Assembly: GCA_964511345.1 (NCBI GenBank)
Contig: CAZEEV010000002.1
Span: forward strand, 66,770-130,769
Direction of reading: 5' to 3'
Origin: an uncultured Pseudomonadales bacterium
GTDB lineage: Bacteria; Patescibacteriota; Microgenomatia; UBA1400; PJMF01
Length of the DNA stretch: 64,000 bases
The position numbers and the translations under genes were made by a program. The notes beneath the pieces are model-generated. The model saw only the letters and a program-made list of their open reading frames with translations, was not told the DNA's origin and searched no databases. Shown here piece by piece: positions 25,250 to 34,871 of the stretch. Every line of letters begins with the position of its first letter. Position 1 is the first letter of the stretch.

Positions 25250-28200
25250 TTGCTCTTGGCTTTTGCTAATATTTTGCATAAAATAGTAGCTATGGCAGGT
25301 GAATTTGTTAAAGATAGTCTTGAAAATTTGATTAATTCTATATCAGTAAAATCGTCTGGTTCTTTTGATGATATCAGATATGGAAATTTAGAACCAAGTA
25401 AAGATTCTTTGACAAAGTTAACTGATAAAGATAGAAATGTTGTAGATATTATAAAAAACACTGAGCTAATTGGAATATTCAAGAAAATAAATGCTCTGGA
25501 CAACGTAATTGACGCTTTTCAAAAACAAACTACGGCTGAAGGAATTGTCAATAATCTCTTTGACATAATAAGCGATCTAAACACAGACCTCTTAATGGCG
25601 GATGAAGCCTCTCCTGAGTACCAAAATATTTTGCAATCTTTGGCAGTGGCTTTTTACATGTACGAACAAGTTTTATACCCAGTAGTCAAAGAGGTTGTGG
25701 AGAATAATGTATCCACCAATGACGAAGAGCAATCCACTAGTGAGTGGATTGCTGACAAAACAAGTGAAATCGAAGATTTAAAAATTAGGATCGAAACACA
25801 ACTCTTTTTAGAAGGTATTTCTAAAACAGAAAGACATAGCAAAGATAAATTTATAGAATCTGAGTTTAATAATGGAATAAAAAATATATTAATAGATTTG
25901 GAAAAAAGAAAAAGAAGCTTGTCAGGTGACGCGCAAGAATTGGACAATTTTAAAATTTTTATTTCTGCCGAAAGAAAAAAATTTTTCACTGAATGGAATG
26001 TGTCACCTGACGAAAATGAAGAGACTTTAAATGTTTCAAAGATGACCCTCCGCGAAATTGCTGATTACGTATTGAGAAAAGAATTGCCTTTTTGGACTGG
26101 CGAACATGATAACTGGACAGATGAAAATGATAGAAAAGTTGTTGATGCTCTCATTCAAAGATTATGGAAGGATAATCATAAAATTGTTGGTTTAACCAAT
26201 GATTTTATTCCTGATCCATCAAATGAAAAAGTTCCAGATCCAAAAGAAAATGGACTTAGATTTAGTGATCTTGAATTTAGGGAAATAGTTAGCGACCTAC
26301 AAATTCTTGGGCTGTTTGGAATAATGAATGTTAAAGGTAAAGAGAGAAAAGATGATGGCGCTGCTGAGGGTTTGTTACCAGAATTAGAAGCTTGTCTTTC
26401 TAAATTACAAATGAATAATAAAGAATTATTGAATTTAACAACCTTTGCTCATCCAAGAACGGGTATGATTTTATATGAGTTTCTTAGGAGGATGAAAGAT
26501 CAGGGAGCTCTAAGAAAAGGAGAAATTCCAAAATTAAAACGAGGAGAAGTACCAACTGGTTTTGGTCGAGCTCCTATGAACGACAGGTTGGTTATGAGAA
26601 ATGGGCAAAAAGTTTTGCTTTTTGGAGACAGATTTATCAAAGAACTGAAAGAAAATGGTGAAGGTATGGATGATAAATTTTATGAGGGTACCCCTCTTGA
26701 GAGTGGAGATGTTTTAATTTTGGATTATTCTGGAACAGAAGTTGATCCTGAAACTAGAATGCCAGACGGCAAAATAAGAAAACCAGATGGTTCTGAGTGG
26801 AAGGAAATAAACGACAGAGTTGTAAAGAGAGATAACAAAGATACATTGCTAGTAGGAGATAGGCTGGTCAAAATAGTTAATGGTAAGGGTGTTGAGATTG
26901 GCAAAAAATGGTACGATTACGAACCTAAAGATACAACAGATATGCCTCTTTATGAATTTGACGAACGCTTCTGTTATGAAACTTTGGCTGCTGACTCTGG
27001 AAAAGCAAGGCTGAGGCTTTATGCCGCCGATCTAGCCTCAAAACTAGAGGATCAAAGATTGGAAATCAAAGCCGCTGAAATAGCAGGAGAAGAGCCTGAT
27101 CAGAGCAGAATTCATTTTAAAGAGTTAATTGGTTATCAGTTGCCCGATCCAAACGACAAACAATTTGGTGAAAGAGATGTTGAAAGACTAAAGATGTATT
27201 CTAGGTATCTGTTCTTTTCTTTTCCATTTTTAACAAATATCTTAGCTATGAGACAAGAGAGAACGTGCACGCCTGCTCATGGCTTTGCCAATAAAGACAT
27301 TCAATTCACCTGGATATTTGACATACTTGGTTTTATTGTTCATAAATCTCAAAGATATGGCAACTCTGACACTGCTTTTTACTACCTATTGAAGTTTTTT
27401 CCACCACTTCAAGAGGGGCACTATGGTGCTGGAGGTGATGTTAGAAGGTTGAACCAAATTAGAGATCTAATAATAAAGTATGATAAGATTTTCGACGATA
27501 GAGCTGGCGAAAGTTTGTTTCCAAAACTCCCTTACGGATCCTCATATTTTCATACAGCTTTGAGCATGTTGGCAATGGCTCCTGGAGAGCACACCAGATT
27601 AATGGGAAAAGCTAAATTAGCTGATGGTCGTATATTAGAAGGAACACAAGAAAAGCCAGTATTGCTGGCTCTAGGAGGTGAAGAGAAAAAAAATGAGAAA
27701 TTTAAAAGTCCTTATAACTTTTCAAATATTTATACCTCTATTAGAGCGTGGGATAAATTTATAACTGATATAGCTAAAGATCTTCCTCCCAAATTAAACA
27801 TACAAGACATTGCTGGGGGAGGTGGTAAAGAAAAATCTTTAATTAGTCAAAGATATGGCGATGATGTTGGTCAAGCAAAAATGAGCAGTACTAAGACTTT
27901 AGAAAAAGATAAAGATCCTAATTTAGCCGATTTTGATCATTTGACTATGTCAGCAGTATTCATGTGGGATACTGTAAAGAGATTGTTTCGTCAATTTCAA
28001 TCAAATAGTGTAGAAGTGAGAAAAAATCTTTATAAAGAAATGGAAAAAGGATTTATAGAAACAGCATCTAGAGGAGGGTTGTCGGAGGGATCGGCTGCAA
28101 CAGTTTTAAAATATGTTTTAGCACGGATGTCTAGCCCTGATAAAAATGGTAAATTTTATGCTAAAGATAGGTCATTCGCAGGAATGAATCCGTGTTTAGA

Positions 28201-28519
28201 TGCACTTGAACCGACTGTAAAAAGTATAAATGCTCAACGAGTCTTTGAATACGTAGAAGCTCTTTGGAACTATCAACACTCTGATGTCAATGGCAATGTA
28301 GTAAAACTTTTCCCTTTTAAATTGGCTAATGCTGGAAGTCTTGGGTCAGGCATATTAAATAGACCTCTTATTAATGTAAGACAGGCTCTAAATGCAGATC
28401 CAGATATTACAAAATATCAAGGCTATCTTCTTGGCTACGAAGAAATTAATGGTAAGAGAAGGCGTGTTGAACTGCCTGAGCCTATAAAAAGAATTAATCT
28501 AGAAAAACACGACGACTAG
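25250..28519 (+). CDS. Large hypothetical soluble protein (1089 aa), no recognisable motif, no P-loop, no TM; possibly starts at the internal ATG near 25292 ('MAGEF')
   Basis: Long intact ORF divergently transcribed from the T4SS operon. I could not recognise any catalytic motif. Confidence 0.5.
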   Translation: MLLAFANILHKIVAMAGEFVKDSLENLINSISVKSSGSFDDIRYGNLEPSKDSLTKLTDKDRNVVDIIKNTELIGIFKKINALDNVIDAFQKQTTAEGIVNNLFDIISDLNTDLLMADEASPEYQNILQSLAVAFYMYEQVLYPVVKEVVENNVSTNDEEQSTSEWIADKTSEIEDLKIRIETQLFLEGISKTERHSKDKFIESEFNNGIKNILIDLEKRKRSLSGDAQELDNFKIFISAERKKFFTEWNVSPDENEETLNVSKMTLREIADYVLRKELPFWTGEHDNWTDENDRKVVDALIQRLWKDNHKIVGLTNDFIPDPSNEKVPDPKENGLRFSDLEFREIVSDLQILGLFGIMNVKGKERKDDGAAEGLLPELEACLSKLQMNNKELLNLTTFAHPRTGMILYEFLRRMKDQGALRKGEIPKLKRGEVPTGFGRAPMNDRLVMRNGQKVLLFGDRFIKELKENGEGMDDKFYEGTPLESGDVLILDYSGTEVDPETRMPDGKIRKPDGSEWKEINDRVVKRDNKDTLLVGDRLVKIVNGKGVEIGKKWYDYEPKDTTDMPLYEFDERFCYETLAADSGKARLRLYAADLASKLEDQRLEIKAAEIAGEEPDQSRIHFKELIGYQLPDPNDKQFGERDVERLKMYSRYLFFSFPFLTNILAMRQERTCTPAHGFANKDIQFTWIFDILGFIVHKSQRYGNSDTAFYYLLKFFPPLQEGHYGAGGDVRRLNQIRDLIIKYDKIFDDRAGESLFPKLPYGSSYFHTALSMLAMAPGEHTRLMGKAKLADGRILEGTQEKPVLLALGGEEKKNEKFKSPYNFSNIYTSIRAWDKFITDIAKDLPPKLNIQDIAGGGGKEKSLISQRYGDDVGQAKMSSTKTLEKDKDPNLADFDHLTMSAVFMWDTVKRLFRQFQSNSVEVRKNLYKEMEKGFIETASRGGLSEGSAATVLKYVLARMSSPDKNGKFYAKDRSFAGMNPCLDALEPTVKSINAQRVFEYVEALWNYQHSDVNGNVVKLFPFKLANAGSLGSGILNRPLINVRQALNADPDITKYQGYLLGYEEINGKRRRVELPEPIKRINLEKHDD

Positions 28520-28520
28520 T

Positions 28521-30203
28521 TTATGATTTTTCTTTAGGTGGGCTAGTTCCTCCATTTTTATTGACATATTTTCCTATCATGGCTCCAAGATCTTCTGCTT
28601 CAAAACCTCTTCCTTCTAGCACTTTATTTACCTGCACCCTTATGTTCTTTCCTCTTTCAAATCCGCTAGAAAGTCCACCTTGAGTATCTTCAGTTGCTTT
28701 GCCAGTAACACCGCCATATGACTTAATTATTTTATTATTATCATCTCTTCGATCATATCCTCCAAAGAAGGCACCCACCCTCTCTCTTAAGGTAGCATTT
28801 TTAAAGTCTTTTCCATAGGCCGCTCCAGCTCTAATTCCTCCAACTAAACCCTCTACTCCAGACGTTATAGCTGGCGCAGCTATTGTGCTTTCTTTGATTC
28901 TACCTACTGCATCTTTAGCTAACTGTCCAAACACTCCATCTTCGACACCCATGGCTTTTTTGGCCTGTTGTAAAATTTCTGGAATCACTAACAATATGCC
29001 AATACCAAGAATGACAGGAATAATTTCTCCTTGTCCCTGACCAACTAAGAATGGAGGCATAAAACCTCCGCCAAAACTGCTGCTGATTTCTCCAGTGCCC
29101 ATCATGGCGCGCATGGGGGCAGTTAGCATTCTTTGTACCAAAATACACAGTAACACTATTGGCCAGAGGATCAGATTGCCGGCTAGATTTTTAATCCATT
29201 TAACAAAGGAGTTTTTACCAGGAAAAGCTCCAAGCATTAAAATAATAGGTGAGAAAATAATTTGAATTAAAACTGACACATAGCTTTTAACTAACTCAAA
29301 GAAAATCTTGAAGGTAGCAAAAAGAATTGCTAAGCCAACAATCATGGTAGCAACCAAGCTAGATAGCCAGGTAAGAGCCTGACCTACAAAACTAATATTC
29401 AGAGCATCATCCATAAAAGATTTAATAGCCATTTGCGTCCCGCTTGTGCCACTAAAAATCAAACCAATTAAGCCAAAGATGTTGCGGGTAATAATGTCCG
29501 AGCCTTCATTAAAATACCCAGCAACGACATACATAATTACATACATGAGATCGATCATGAAACCAGCAATGGCGTAAGAAAAAGTTACTGCTAACATGGC
29601 AACAATAACACTTGGAATAGCTTGCTGAGCGGTAATGGCTGCCTGGCCAACCTTGGTTCTAAACATAATCATAAAACCAATAATCAAGAAGATAACGACA
29701 AAAAATAAATAGGCTAAATTACGAAAGGCTTTCCAAGTTTCTAGAATTGGATCCAGAGCGGAAAAACCAAGACCCTGGGCTTGAGCTTCTGGAACAATTT
29801 TGGCAGATTCCATCAAATCGGCAACATAAGTACGGGCGCTGGCAGGTGGAGTGTAAAGTGCAACGATACCACTATTAATATCTCCTAAGACGCCATAACC
29901 AATTTCTTTTTCCAAAATCTTTCTGTCTGATTCAGAAAGATCAGCGCTTTGTGGGATGGATGACATGCCGATAGTGTGTAAATTAATATTAGTGATGATA
30001 TTAGAAAAGCCCTCAGCATCAAACTTTTCTTTATCAGCGCTACTGCTACCAAAAGATTGGACGCTTTTAGCCGTTGAATCGTTAGTGAAAATTCCTCTCA
30101 ACCAATCGCCAATAGATGCTTGAGCTGGCTTAGCTGACATCAAGAAACAGGAAAAGACAAAGAAAACAATTAACAATAGGCGAGAGGTTTTTATCTGCGT
30201 CAT
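28521..30203 (-). CDS. Polytopic membrane protein, VirB6/TrbL-like candidate (signal peptide + periplasmic segment + 6-8 TM + hydrophilic tail); track start 30317 probably too early, likely start ATG at 30203 (MTQIKTS…)
   Basis: Signal peptide '…SAKPAQA/SIG', then multiple long hydrophobic helices (for example 'ALTWLSSLVATMIVGLAILFATFKIFFELV'). This is the VirB6-like topology. Confidence 0.4.
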   Translation of the reverse strand: MTQIKTSRLLLIVFFVFSCFLMSAKPAQASIGDWLRGIFTNDSTAKSVQSFGSSSADKEKFDAEGFSNIITNINLHTIGMSSIPQSADLSESDRKILEKEIGYGVLGDINSGIVALYTPPASARTYVADLMESAKIVPEAQAQGLGFSALDPILETWKAFRNLAYLFFVVIFLIIGFMIMFRTKVGQAAITAQQAIPSVIVAMLAVTFSYAIAGFMIDLMYVIMYVVAGYFNEGSDIITRNIFGLIGLIFSGTSGTQMAIKSFMDDALNISFVGQALTWLSSLVATMIVGLAILFATFKIFFELVKSYVSVLIQIIFSPIILMLGAFPGKNSFVKWIKNLAGNLILWPIVLLCILVQRMLTAPMRAMMGTGEISSSFGGGFMPPFLVGQGQGEIIPVILGIGILLVIPEILQQAKKAMGVEDGVFGQLAKDAVGRIKESTIAAPAITSGVEGLVGGIRAGAAYGKDFKNATLRERVGAFFGGYDRRDDNNKIIKSYGGVTGKATEDTQGGLSSGFERGKNIRVQVNKVLEGRGFEAEDLGAMIGKYVNKNGGTSPPKEKS

Positions 30204-30301
30204 AAGACAAGTATATTTTAGATGAAGAGCGGAAAAACTGCAAAGGTAAACTTGATAATTTAACTTGACAACTGGCTTAAAAACATTTAAAACAATCATA
30301 A

Positions 30302-31105
30302 ATGATCGATCAAGCACAAACTGATAAATTCAAGAACATTTTAGAGCTTAGTCAAAATATTTTAGTCATTTTTCCAGAAAGCAAAGATCTTGATTTGTTT
30401 TTAGCCAGTTATTGTTTTTATGCTTTTTTGAACACTAAAAAAGGCGTGCGCTTGTTAACTCCAAAGTTAATTCAGCCGATTCCTCGTAATTTAACCAATC
30501 TCATCGCTATTAAACAAATCGAAACTGAACTTGGCAAAGAAAATTTAATTGTTAGTTTCCCTTATCAGGAAAATCAAGTTGATAAGGTTTCTTATTATAT
30601 TGGTGAAAATGATAAGCGTTTTTATTTAACCATCAAACCTAAAAAAGGATCCACACCGCTTACTAGTTCTCAGGTGGAATTTTCTTATGCCGGTACTCAG
30701 GCAGACTTATTGATTTTATGTGGAGTAGAAGAGTTAGAGAGTTTACAGCAATTATATTTTGCCTACGAAAACTTATATAAGGGAACTGATAATCATTTGG
30801 TCAGTATCAATGATTTTATTCCCGATTTTGGCAAGCTTAATTTGGATATTTCTCCCAGTAGTTCTTATTGTGAAGCTTTGTTTTATTTACTGCAGGATTT
30901 GGATTCGGAAAGCGAAGAAATATTGTCTCAGAATTATTTGTCCACCTTATTACTTTATGGGATAGAGTTCAAAACCAAAGGTTTGCAATCCCCTGAAACT
31001 AGTATTAGCACATTTTTAGCTGTAGCTTCTTTATTGAAATTGGGAGCGCAACGACTCTTCCAGAGAACCCCTAAAACTAAAGTCCGGCCTCGTTCAACAA
31101 AATAG
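30302..31105 (+). CDS. Degenerate DHH-family (NrnA-like) protein lacking the DHH catalytic residues
   Basis: 'ILELSQNILVIFPESKDLDLFLASYCFYAFL' aligns in register with the NrnA N-terminus (…IILHRHVRPDPDAYGS…), but its His and Asp residues are replaced. 'YAGTQADLLIL' is similar to 'YAGIVGDTGRF'. Confidence 0.3.
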   Translation: MIDQAQTDKFKNILELSQNILVIFPESKDLDLFLASYCFYAFLNTKKGVRLLTPKLIQPIPRNLTNLIAIKQIETELGKENLIVSFPYQENQVDKVSYYIGENDKRFYLTIKPKKGSTPLTSSQVEFSYAGTQADLLILCGVEELESLQQLYFAYENLYKGTDNHLVSINDFIPDFGKLNLDISPSSSYCEALFYLLQDLDSESEEILSQNYLSTLLLYGIEFKTKGLQSPETSISTFLAVASLLKLGAQRLFQRTPKTKVRPRSTK

Positions 31106-33938
31106 CAGTGGCAAGTGCGCCGGGTCTTTGCCATGCTGGGTACTTATTGCCATTGCTTAAACTCTGACAGTTGCTTGAGTTAGCAAAGCAATATTGTTTT
31201 GCTTGGTCAATTAGTTCTTCTTTGGTGGCATCATCGACTTGTTTTTCGTCAAGACTGCTGCGCAGTTCAGAAATTACAGCATCAGTTGGATTAACTTCAC
31301 AATTAAATTCTACGTAATCTACACAGAAAATTAAATCCATGTCAGTGTGGCGCTCATCAATCCAAGCCATAGGGTAAGGATGGTCTTCTGAACTAAACTT
31401 TGAAGGACATTTGCCATTATTGGCCCAGCGAGTGTCTTTATCACAATTTTGGTTACCAGTGCCATTGTAGGCACCAATAGCTGTGACTAATGCCTCATAC
31501 TCAATGTTATTACGATCAAAATTACCGCCAAATTTATCAATCAAATGTTGCATGGCGGCTTTGGCGTCTTCTTTTAAGGAGCCATTCCTAATTTCACCGC
31601 CATCAAAGACCGAACGGGTAGGACTTGATCCAGCTTCATTCCAATGAATGCCAGCTACGATTTCACAAGGAATGCCAGTTTCTTTTTCAGCGTATTCGTA
31701 AGCCTCCATCACTTCCGCAGTCATGCCTGGGGCGATGTCTGCCACAAAATAATCTTTGGCAAATTGTGGAATTTGTGTTGCACTTGGTATATTTTTAATA
31801 TTCTTAAAAGCTTCGCCTGTGCAGGCCGCTAGAGTAGAGCTACCTTGTGGGCGGCCGCTGCAGCGCCCTAAGAACATATCTTCCACCCTGGTACATGAAG
31901 CAATGTAGTTATAGGTTTGGTTGTAAGAGTTACGTAATTTTTGTTGGATTTTGCGTATTAAAAATCCCAGACCAAAGTCTGGAAGTAAGACGTTGTTTTC
32001 TGGTTCTTCTAGGTTAACACCAACAGTGTAATTTTTACAGACACGGACATTTTCTACATATGGCACGCCTTTGGAGTCATATTTGATCACTTCTTCATAG
32101 CGACACTCATCAAGTGGGCTAATAGAATCAGAACCATCAATACCTACTTCAGCATTTTTGATGGTGTAATACTTAGGAATAACTCCTGCCTTATTGTCCA
32201 TGTCCTCAATAACATTAGTGCGAACAGTATTAAAAAACTCTTCTTCATTCCAAAAAATACTCAGAGCTTTGTTAGCATCTTTAATGGCTTCACCTACTGG
32301 TAAAACAAGGTAGGCGTTAACAATGACTTGTTCATCTAATTTTGGTGGATTGCTATCGATTACTAATTGCCAGTTAAAGGCATTTACATCTTGAGAAAGT
32401 AATTGATCAGCGATTTTTTGATTATTTTGATTTTTATAATTGTAATCTTTGATATCTTTAGAAGCCGGAGTGAAAAGATCGCCAGCTTTTTCAAAATTAA
32501 CATCCTCTTGATTGAAAATGTCTTCAATATTGGCACTTGCAGTGGCGCTAACTGTTGAACCAGCATTTGAGTCACTCTCTTCTTCAACGATCCTCAAAGT
32601 AGTGTTTTGACAATTAGGAGCTGTGCCATTGATAACGTCGATTAGAACATTATTAAGAGCATTTTGGTCGCTTCTGCTACATTGCGGATAAGAAGCGGGA
32701 CATTTAATCAGTGAATCACTTGAATATGGAGCTTCTTTGGCTGATTCATAGACTGCAATTCTTTTCTTATCCTGATTTTCAATGTCTAATTGATTTTGCT
32801 CGCTAGATTGCAAAGCCATTTTAACTATTTCTAAGGTGTCTATATTGCCAGCGAGTTTAGATTTGTTAGTACCAAATTCTGGAATTTTAAAAGCAATAAT
32901 AATTGGGGCATGTACATCATCATTCACTTGGGGACTAGACTGCAAAAAATGAAAGTTGTCATTGCTTTCATTTTTGTTTTGCTTTGGAACTAAAACCAAA
33001 AAAGCTAGTCGATATAATGAGTCTAGATCAATACTAACAGCTCTAATAGCTTCTCGAGCTTTGGCAATTTCATCTATACTCGCTGACAAGGCCGGTTGAT
33101 TTTGATTTTCCTCATCGCCACCACTAAATAAATCAGAGCACACCTGAGGATATAATTCTTCCTCACTGGTTTGAGGACGAAGATTTTTGAGCCAATCTAA
33201 TAAAGTTTGACTGTTAAAAGCTACGTTCAATCGATGCTCTTCAGCTGATAAAGTTTCTGACTCACTAATTGCTCGACTATTTCCTGCTGCATCCACGGCA
33301 ATTGGGAAATCAAATTCTTTATCTAATATGCACTTATCATTTGCGACTTGCGCACAAATTTTTGTTATGGCTGCTAAGTTTTGAGTTTTAGCCAAACATT
33401 GCTGATAAGAAGAAAGCAATCTCTGGCTAATTCCTGAAGCATTAAGCATGTATTGATCTCCAACAGTTTGAAAATCAGCGCCAAACATACCTTCAAAAGA
33501 ACTATTTTTCAAAGTTTCAGTTTTTGGCTCTAAACCTCTAAAAAGAGGAATACGTGCCTTGGAAAAATCAACTACATAATCATTTGCGCCACCAAAAATA
33601 GTTGGATTGAGTCCTTGATAAAAACTTTCTTCAGGTGGGACGCTGCTGCTAAAAAATTTATCAATATCACCCCAGATTTTCTTATCAATGACCCATTGCG
33701 CGCCTCCACAGTGAGCCTCGTAACCCTGATCTTTGACCATAGTGGAGAGTAAATCTTCATAAGCTAAGCCCAAGCTTGATGAAGAAATAAACATCGGCAT
33801 AAGAGTGTAGTTGGTGCTCTCATCAGTAACTTGAGTTTCACTACTTTGGGCAAAAACTAAATTTGAAAAATTACAAAAAAACAGCAGATTAGCAAAGAGC
33901 ACGCCGGCAATTATTTTTTTACACAAACGACTTAGCAC
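31077..33938 (-). CDS. 953-aa secreted protein with C-terminal SLT/lysozyme-like domain candidate
   Basis: Signal peptide '…LVFA/QSS'. C-terminus '…IVAGIHWNEAGSSPTRS…AKAAMQHL…AIGAYNGTGNQ' echoes the SLT motifs (E-S…GLMQ…AYNAG). Confidence 0.35.
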   Translation of the reverse strand: MLSRLCKKIIAGVLFANLLFFCNFSNLVFAQSSETQVTDESTNYTLMPMFISSSSLGLAYEDLLSTMVKDQGYEAHCGGAQWVIDKKIWGDIDKFFSSSVPPEESFYQGLNPTIFGGANDYVVDFSKARIPLFRGLEPKTETLKNSSFEGMFGADFQTVGDQYMLNASGISQRLLSSYQQCLAKTQNLAAITKICAQVANDKCILDKEFDFPIAVDAAGNSRAISESETLSAEEHRLNVAFNSQTLLDWLKNLRPQTSEEELYPQVCSDLFSGGDEENQNQPALSASIDEIAKAREAIRAVSIDLDSLYRLAFLVLVPKQNKNESNDNFHFLQSSPQVNDDVHAPIIIAFKIPEFGTNKSKLAGNIDTLEIVKMALQSSEQNQLDIENQDKKRIAVYESAKEAPYSSDSLIKCPASYPQCSRSDQNALNNVLIDVINGTAPNCQNTTLRIVEEESDSNAGSTVSATASANIEDIFNQEDVNFEKAGDLFTPASKDIKDYNYKNQNNQKIADQLLSQDVNAFNWQLVIDSNPPKLDEQVIVNAYLVLPVGEAIKDANKALSIFWNEEEFFNTVRTNVIEDMDNKAGVIPKYYTIKNAEVGIDGSDSISPLDECRYEEVIKYDSKGVPYVENVRVCKNYTVGVNLEEPENNVLLPDFGLGFLIRKIQQKLRNSYNQTYNYIASCTRVEDMFLGRCSGRPQGSSTLAACTGEAFKNIKNIPSATQIPQFAKDYFVADIAPGMTAEVMEAYEYAEKETGIPCEIVAGIHWNEAGSSPTRSVFDGGEIRNGSLKEDAKAAMQHLIDKFGGNFDRNNIEYEALVTAIGAYNGTGNQNCDKDTRWANNGKCPSKFSSEDHPYPMAWIDERHTDMDLIFCVDYVEFNCEVNPTDAVISELRSSLDEKQVDDATKEELIDQAKQYCFANSSNCQSLSNGNKYPAWQRPGALATAILLNEAGL

Positions 33939-33965
33939 GCTTTGATTATACTAAGGATCATCATC

Positions 33966-34871
33966 CTAGGAAAGAATGCGAATCCCAAAGATGATTTCTA
34001 GCAATTGCGCAATCCAATAAGCGGCAAATAACAAAATAAAACCGATAATAGCTGAGGTAATTTTTTGCTTACCTTCTTCAAGAGACTTAGAATTATTAGC
34101 TCCAGCAAGCATTTGAAAACCACCCAGTAGCAGAACAACAAAGAGAATTATGCCAGCAATGGGGAAAACAAAACTTTTTAGTGCTTTGGAAATGATTCCT
34201 CCTGGAGTGGAGAGACTGGCGTCACCACTAGCGATTTTAAGAGGATTTAAACGGTCTAAAGTTCCTTGATCAACTTCGATATCATTAACAGCTGAATCAG
34301 TATTTCTACATTTGCCATCGCGTAACCAACCACAGCAGGTTTTACCCGCATTTTCTCCCTCAGTGATTGGGGTTCTGCCACTACCTCCTCCACAAATACA
34401 CTGTTGGTCAGAATTAGGATCGTAAACATCTCCACAATAAACATCATTGGCGCCTGGAGGAGCGGTTAAACATTGAGTGAAATCGTCATTGGTAAATCCG
34501 CAACAAAGTCCCCTTTTACTGGTCCATTGGTTAATCCAATATGACTCAAGTTGGCCTCCTTCGCAGTTACAAGTAAATCCTCTTGGATTAGATTTATCTG
34601 CCGATCCCAATGTTTGTCCACAACTCAGTTCTTTTTCTAAAACCAGGCATTGATCATTTTCAACAAATCCACAACAATAGGCATATGATAGTCCAACACT
34701 ACCTACTTTCTCAAGGTGATTGTTATTTCTATCACACTGACATAAGGTTTCTTCGTCTACGTCTTCAAATCCACCAGAGTACCATTCTCCACAGCCAATT
34801 GCTTTCACAGTATTTATCGACAAAACTATGAAAATTATTTGCAATAATAAAGTTTGAACAATTTTTTTCAT
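33966..34871 (-). CDS. Cys-rich secreted protein fused to a C-terminal T4SS-pilin-like two-TM hairpin (candidate minor pilin/tip adhesin)
   Basis: Signal peptide, about 28 Cys in the N-domain, and C-terminus 'GIILFVVLLLGGFQMLAGANNSKSLEEGKQKITSAIIGFILLFAAYWIAQLL'. That is the same TM-loop(…SKS.E..K.KI..AIIG)-TM layout as the array at 1..2291. Confidence 0.5.
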   Translation of the reverse strand: MKKIVQTLLLQIIFIVLSINTVKAIGCGEWYSGGFEDVDEETLCQCDRNNNHLEKVGSVGLSYAYCCGFVENDQCLVLEKELSCGQTLGSADKSNPRGFTCNCEGGQLESYWINQWTSKRGLCCGFTNDDFTQCLTAPPGANDVYCGDVYDPNSDQQCICGGGSGRTPITEGENAGKTCCGWLRDGKCRNTDSAVNDIEVDQGTLDRLNPLKIASGDASLSTPGGIISKALKSFVFPIAGIILFVVLLLGGFQMLAGANNSKSLEEGKQKITSAIIGFILLFAAYWIAQLLEIIFGIRILS

